Positions 59,654 to 64,000 of a stretch of 64,000 nt of DNA are shown here, piece by piece. Under the pieces are notes generated by a model. The model saw only the letters and a program-made list of their open reading frames with translations, was not told the DNA's origin and did no database searches. The stretch is from an uncultured Caulobacterales bacterium. Lineage in GTDB: Bacteria > Pseudomonadota > Alphaproteobacteria > Caulobacterales > Maricaulaceae. The stretch is taken from NCBI GenBank assembly GCA_938001915.1, contig CALLBD010000006.1, positions 7,963 through 71,962 on the forward strand. Direction: 5' to 3'. The position numbers were made by a program, and so were the translations under genes. Positions within the stretch are counted from its first letter, which is position 1; every line of letters begins with the position of its first letter.

Positions 59654-60556
59654 TTACGCCTCGACCATTTCGGCGATGCTCGGCGTGACGTGAATTAATC
59701 CGTTCAAATGCGCAAAGTAAGCATCCTCCAATTTCACATCATCCCTTTCAAACCCCGTTCCAGGATTTGAGTCCGATAGAACGGATACGATGACGCCGCC
59801 CATAAGATATCGGCTGGAGAGGAAGGGGAGGTCAGCTTTGATTGTCTCTATCTCGCTCTTGTCAATTTTCTTTCGCCAGACCTTTCCGTTCACGCTTTCG
59901 ATTAAGTTCTCAGGTGCGTCACGGGCGATAACTTTTCCATTGCCCATGATGGCCATATCTGGGCACATATCTCTGACGTCTTCGATGATATGGGTCGAGA
60001 GGATAATGATTTTTTCCTCTCCAGCTTCTTGCAATAAGTCCAAGAAGCGTTGGCGCTGGAACGGGTCGAGGCCAGCCGTAGGTTCATCCACAATCAGAAC
60101 TTGAGGATTACCCAGCATAGCTTGGGCCACACCGAATCTTTGGCGCATACCGCCGGAATAGGTTGCTACATTGGCGGAAGAATGGGTGAGAAGGTCAACG
60201 CCCTCCAACAAGGCGCGAATTTGCGTCTCTCGCTCAGACTTATTGTTCATGCCTTTCAAGATCGCGATATGGTTGAGCAAGGCTTTGGCGCTCATTTTTG
60301 GATACACACCAAAATCCTGCGGGAGATACCCTAAAACGCTACGCATTTCATTGGGATGATTGACAATATCCTTCCCGTTTAAGGTCACCGTACCGCTGTC
60401 AGGCTTTTGCAAAGTTGCCAAGGTCCGCATCAATGTGGATTTCCCTGCGCCGTTCGGACCGAGTAAGCCGAAAAGCCCAGGTTCTAGGTCAAGGGAGACA
60501 TTTTTGAGGGCGTGCACATCTCCAAAACGCTTTGAGATATTTTTAATGGACAGCAT
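59654..60556 (-). CDS. ABC transporter ATP-binding protein
   Basis: GPNGAGKS, YSGGMRQR, DEPTAGLDP. Confidence 0.95.
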   Translation of the reverse strand: MLSIKNISKRFGDVHALKNVSLDLEPGLFGLLGPNGAGKSTLMRTLATLQKPDSGTVTLNGKDIVNHPNEMRSVLGYLPQDFGVYPKMSAKALLNHIAILKGMNNKSERETQIRALLEGVDLLTHSSANVATYSGGMRQRFGVAQAMLGNPQVLIVDEPTAGLDPFQRQRFLDLLQEAGEEKIIILSTHIIEDVRDMCPDMAIMGNGKVIARDAPENLIESVNGKVWRKKIDKSEIETIKADLPFLSSRYLMGGVIVSVLSDSNPGTGFERDDVKLEDAYFAHLNGLIHVTPSIAEMVEA

Positions 60557-60732
60557 GACATTCCCCCGAACACGAAATCTTATTTTTGGAGAGCTGTAAC
60601 AGATATTTATCGAAAAACAACAATTAATATCGATTAACGATAAAAATTCAAATGTGTCTTAGCCAAGCCATATCACGAAATTATAATCTCACGCTGCTTT
60701 CCAGCGCCCCCGCAACAGGCTAAGTGGACCTT

Positions 60733-62229
60733 ATGGAAACAGATACCCCAACCGCGACACCGCCGCTCTCCTATAGCTTCGCCCGTTTACACGGCGTTGT
60801 TGTTGCAGAAGGGAAGGGCGGGGTGCCCGTCTTGGCACATCGTCCCGGCGCGGCGCGCGAAGCCCTGCTCGAAGCGCGGCGTGTCTTTGGACGTCCTATT
60901 CGCCCGTCATCTTTGAGTGCGGACGCTTTCACGAGCCTGATAGCAAAAACCTATGCGCAATCCGATTTATCGCGCTCTGCCGATGCCGCGATTGGCGACC
61001 CTGAAGATTTATCTCAGCTTGCCTCGGGTCTGCCGAAAACCTCAGACCTTTTGGACGACGCCGATGACGCGCCCGTCATTCGCCTGATTAACGGTATTCT
61101 ACAAGAAGCCATTCGGTCACGTGCCTCAGATATTCATGTCGAGCCGTATGAAGAACGCCTCTCTGTGCGGTTCCGCATTGACGGATCCCTGACGGAGAAG
61201 CTCTCCTTGCCCGCGCGGCTCGCCCCTGTTTTGGTGAGCCGCGTGAAAGTCATGGCGCGGTTAGATATTGCCAATAAACGTATTCCGCAGGACGGACGTT
61301 TTTCGTTTAATCTTGGAGAGCGCCAGATTGATGTGCGGGTGTCCACTTTGCCGGCGCGTCATGGGGAGCGGCTTGTCATGCGGATTTTGGAGAAAGATAG
61401 CCAAGGCATTGCGCTATCTGAGCTCGGTATGGACACGGATATGCTCACGGATTTCCAAAGCATGCTGGCGCGGCCCAATGGGATTATATTGGTCACGGGT
61501 CCCACGGGGTCGGGTAAGACGACGACGCTTTATGGCGCTCTATCCCAATTAAATGACGGGACGCGGAATGTGCTGACGGTCGAAGATCCGGTGGAGTATG
61601 CGCTAGACGGAATTGGCCAGACGCAAGTAAATGATAAAGTCGGGATGAGCTTCGCTGCGGGTCTGCGTGCTATCCTTCGTCAAGATCCTGATGTCGTGAT
61701 GGTGGGCGAAATCCGCGACCCGGAAACGGCAGAGATTGCCGTGCAAGCTGCCTTGACGGGGCATTTGGTTCTCTCGACGGTGCATACAAATTCAGCTATC
61801 GCTGCAATTGCGCGATTGCGCGATATGGGCGTGGAGCCTTTTTTATTGTCTTCCACCGTAACCGCGCTTGTTGCGCAGCGTTTGGTGCGCCGGCTCTGTG
61901 GGAATTGCAAACAGCCCTATAAGCCAACAGACTCGGAATGCGCAGAGCTGGGTGTGAAAGCCGGCGCGACCTTCCACAAAGCGGTGGGCTGTATGCAATG
62001 CCAAAACATCGGCTATCAAGGCCGCCTCGGGCTTTATGAAATGGTCATCAATGATGACGTCTTGCGACAGATGATACATGACGGGGCGTCGGAGACCGAT
62101 ATGGGGGCCTATGCTTTTCAGTCTCGGAAAACGCTGCTGCAAAGCGGCGCAGAGGCTGTGCTGTCAGGCGATACGAGCTCCGAAGAAGTCTTGCGCGTAT
62201 GTTCCGCTCAGACTGCGGAAAATATTTAA
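60733..62229 (+). CDS. gspE: type II secretion ATPase
   Basis: GPTGSGKT, RQDPD, GHLVLSTVH, CxxC..CxxC. Confidence 0.95.
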   Translation: METDTPTATPPLSYSFARLHGVVVAEGKGGVPVLAHRPGAAREALLEARRVFGRPIRPSSLSADAFTSLIAKTYAQSDLSRSADAAIGDPEDLSQLASGLPKTSDLLDDADDAPVIRLINGILQEAIRSRASDIHVEPYEERLSVRFRIDGSLTEKLSLPARLAPVLVSRVKVMARLDIANKRIPQDGRFSFNLGERQIDVRVSTLPARHGERLVMRILEKDSQGIALSELGMDTDMLTDFQSMLARPNGIILVTGPTGSGKTTTLYGALSQLNDGTRNVLTVEDPVEYALDGIGQTQVNDKVGMSFAAGLRAILRQDPDVVMVGEIRDPETAEIAVQAALTGHLVLSTVHTNSAIAAIARLRDMGVEPFLLSSTVTALVAQRLVRRLCGNCKQPYKPTDSECAELGVKAGATFHKAVGCMQCQNIGYQGRLGLYEMVINDDVLRQMIHDGASETDMGAYAFQSRKTLLQSGAEAVLSGDTSSEEVLRVCSAQTAENI

Positions 62230-62232
62230 GGC

Positions 62233-63459
62233 ATGGACGCTTTTGACTACAGCGCTTTGGATGCAGGCGGGGTCAAACGCTCTGGCACGCTTATGGCGGG
62301 CAGTGCGCGTGAAGCCCGTGACTTGTTGCGCGCAAGGTCACTGACACCGCTTGATTTAAATCGCTCTCGCAAAAAAGCGATTAAAGCGGGCGAGATTGCG
62401 CAGACAAATAATTTTGGCAAAGGCAAAATAAAACATGCCGAATTAACGCGGGCGACACGGCAGCTCGCCATATTGATTGATGCGGCGACGCCCGTCGAAG
62501 ACGCGCTGCGGGTTACGGCGCTGCAATTTGAGAAATCTCAAATGAAGGGCGTGCTTCTTTCCATTCGCGCGCAAGTCGTGGAGGGCGCAACCCTTTCCCA
62601 AGCCATGCGCAGTCAGCCACAAGCCTTTTCAGACCTCTATGTCGCTATGGTGGCCTCGGGCGAGACATCGGGGCAATTACCTGCTGTGCTATTGCGCCTC
62701 GCGGATGACCTCGAAGCCGCCCAAGCCATTAGGCGTAAAATTGCGGGCGCAACCGCTTACCCAATCGTGCTGAGCGCCGTGGCGTTGATTGTAATTGTTG
62801 TGTTGATGATTTTCGTCGTTCCTAAAGTTGTCGAGCAATTTGACTCTTTTGGGCAAGATCTTCCGCCGCTCACTCGCACAACGATTTGGCTTTCAGAGTT
62901 TTTACAAAGCTATGGGCTTGTGCTTTTCGGCATAATTCTGGCGCTCTTTTTCGGGTTCCGCTTTGCATTGAAGACCCAATCTATTCGCCGCCGCTGGGAT
63001 GGCTTTAAGTTACGCTTGCCGGTGATTGGGCGTCTTACGCGCGACGTGAATGCCGCGCGCTTTTCGCGGACAATGGCAGGGCTCATTAGCGCGGGAACGC
63101 CGGCGCTCGCCGCTATGACAACGGCGCAACATACGCTGCGTAATTCTGTGATGCGCGAGTCTATCAGCGGCGCGGTTGAACGTGTACGCTCAGGTGCGCC
63201 CATGTCGGCGGCCTTAAAAGAGACGGCCGTTTTCCCCCCGCTTGTCACGCAAATGGTTATGGGTGGAGAGGCCTCTGGCGATATGGGGAAAATGTTCACG
63301 AAATCTGCCGATTATTTGGAAGATGAGTTTAATGCGCAGACAACTGTATTCTTGACCCTGCTCGAGCCCGCAATCATCATTCTGCTAGCGGGTATTGTAC
63401 TGCTGGTCGTGGCGGCTATCTTCCTGCCTATTCTTCAACTTAACACATTGGCTTATTAG
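62233..63459 (+). CDS. gspF: type II secretion inner membrane platform protein
   Basis: GETSGQL, YP..., LLEP; between gspE and gspG. Confidence 0.95.
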   Translation: MDAFDYSALDAGGVKRSGTLMAGSAREARDLLRARSLTPLDLNRSRKKAIKAGEIAQTNNFGKGKIKHAELTRATRQLAILIDAATPVEDALRVTALQFEKSQMKGVLLSIRAQVVEGATLSQAMRSQPQAFSDLYVAMVASGETSGQLPAVLLRLADDLEAAQAIRRKIAGATAYPIVLSAVALIVIVVLMIFVVPKVVEQFDSFGQDLPPLTRTTIWLSEFLQSYGLVLFGIILALFFGFRFALKTQSIRRRWDGFKLRLPVIGRLTRDVNAARFSRTMAGLISAGTPALAAMTTAQHTLRNSVMRESISGAVERVRSGAPMSAALKETAVFPPLVTQMVMGGEASGDMGKMFTKSADYLEDEFNAQTTVFLTLLEPAIIILLAGIVLLVVAAIFLPILQLNTLAY

Positions 63460-63461
63460 AT

Positions 63462-63851
63462 ATGACAAATAGACATAATGAAGACGGCTTTACGCTTGTC
63501 GAAGTTCTTGTGACGCTGGTTATTATTGGCTTGCTGACGACCTTTGTTGTACTCAATGTTTTACCGGCGCAAGGCAAAGCCCAAGTGCAAAAAGTCAGAG
63601 GGGATATCACGGCCTTCGAAACAGCACTGGAATTATATCGTTTAGATAATTTTTCTTACCCGACGGAACAGGAGGGCCTAGAGGCCTTGGTCGCGAGCGG
63701 CGTAATTAAAAAAATGTCGCTCGATCCTTGGGGAAATCCTTATGAGTATCGCAATCCCGGTGAACGCTCTGCGGTAGATATATTCTCCCTTGGCGCGGAC
63801 GGCGAACCTGGCGGTGAAGATCAAAATGCGGATATTGGAAATTGGCAGTAA
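63462..63851 (+). CDS. gspG: type II secretion major pseudopilin
   Basis: G|FTLVE, YRLD...YPTEQEGL, DPWGNPY, SLGADG. Confidence 0.95.
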   Translation: MTNRHNEDGFTLVEVLVTLVIIGLLTTFVVLNVLPAQGKAQVQKVRGDITAFETALELYRLDNFSYPTEQEGLEALVASGVIKKMSLDPWGNPYEYRNPGERSAVDIFSLGADGEPGGEDQNADIGNWQ

Positions 63852-64000
63852 TTTCCAAGAGGTCAGAAAAGCGGCACATCAAAGAAGCAGGCTTCACCCT
63901 CGTTGAAGTCTTATGCGTCCTTGCCTTGCTTGGCCTGACGGCTGGGCTTGTTGTTTTAAACCTACCAAAGCCAGCCCCGCCCATAGAAGCTGAAATGCAA
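63842..64000 (+). CDS. gspH: minor pseudopilin, 5' part (truncated)
   Basis: AG|FTLVEVLCVLALLGL prepilin motif right after gspG. Confidence 0.75.
   Translation, partial: MAVISKRSEKRHIKEAGFTLVEVLCVLALLGLTAGLVVLNLPKPAPPIEAEMQ

Noticed and set aside
1-64000. Prophage, integrase, IS or defence system
   Set aside because: No recognisable recombinase, transposase, phage structural, reverse transcriptase or nuclease motifs in any ORF

Overview
About 50% GC chromosomal DNA from a marine alphaproteobacterium. trcR, rcdA, the alpha-type 6S RNA and the gene repertoire suggest Caulobacterales/Maricaulales; this taxonomy is inferred. Core genes include the aroA 3' end, cmk, yebC, 6S RNA-ygfA-ymdB, an ATM1-like ABC transporter, trcR, rcdA, rpmE, suhB, efp and gspEFGH. 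A MarR-controlled tyrosine catabolic operon (hppD-VOC-orf-FAH-maiA) has no hmgA. An ~19 kb alginate utilisation locus has two TonB receptors, FadR/GntR, PL6, PL17, MFS, IclR, eda and kdgK; it lacks the usual kdgF/SDR-dehR, and kdgK carries an in-frame TAA. The most striking unexplained signal is an ORF-free ~400 nt region (50594-51012) that folds by eye into a large multi-domain RNA on the + strand, with a closing stem and a possible pseudoknot; I could not match it to tmRNA, RNase P or self-splicing introns. It lies at the edge of a small accessory block marked by a palindromic repeat and a diverged 69-bp duplicate of the suhB 3' end. Other finds are a 23-bp tandem duplication that frameshifts a gene, two small genes missed by the ORF track, a hairpin plus terminator leader upstream of trcR, and three operator families readable from sequence. 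No CRISPR array, rRNA, tRNA, integrase or transposase was seen.
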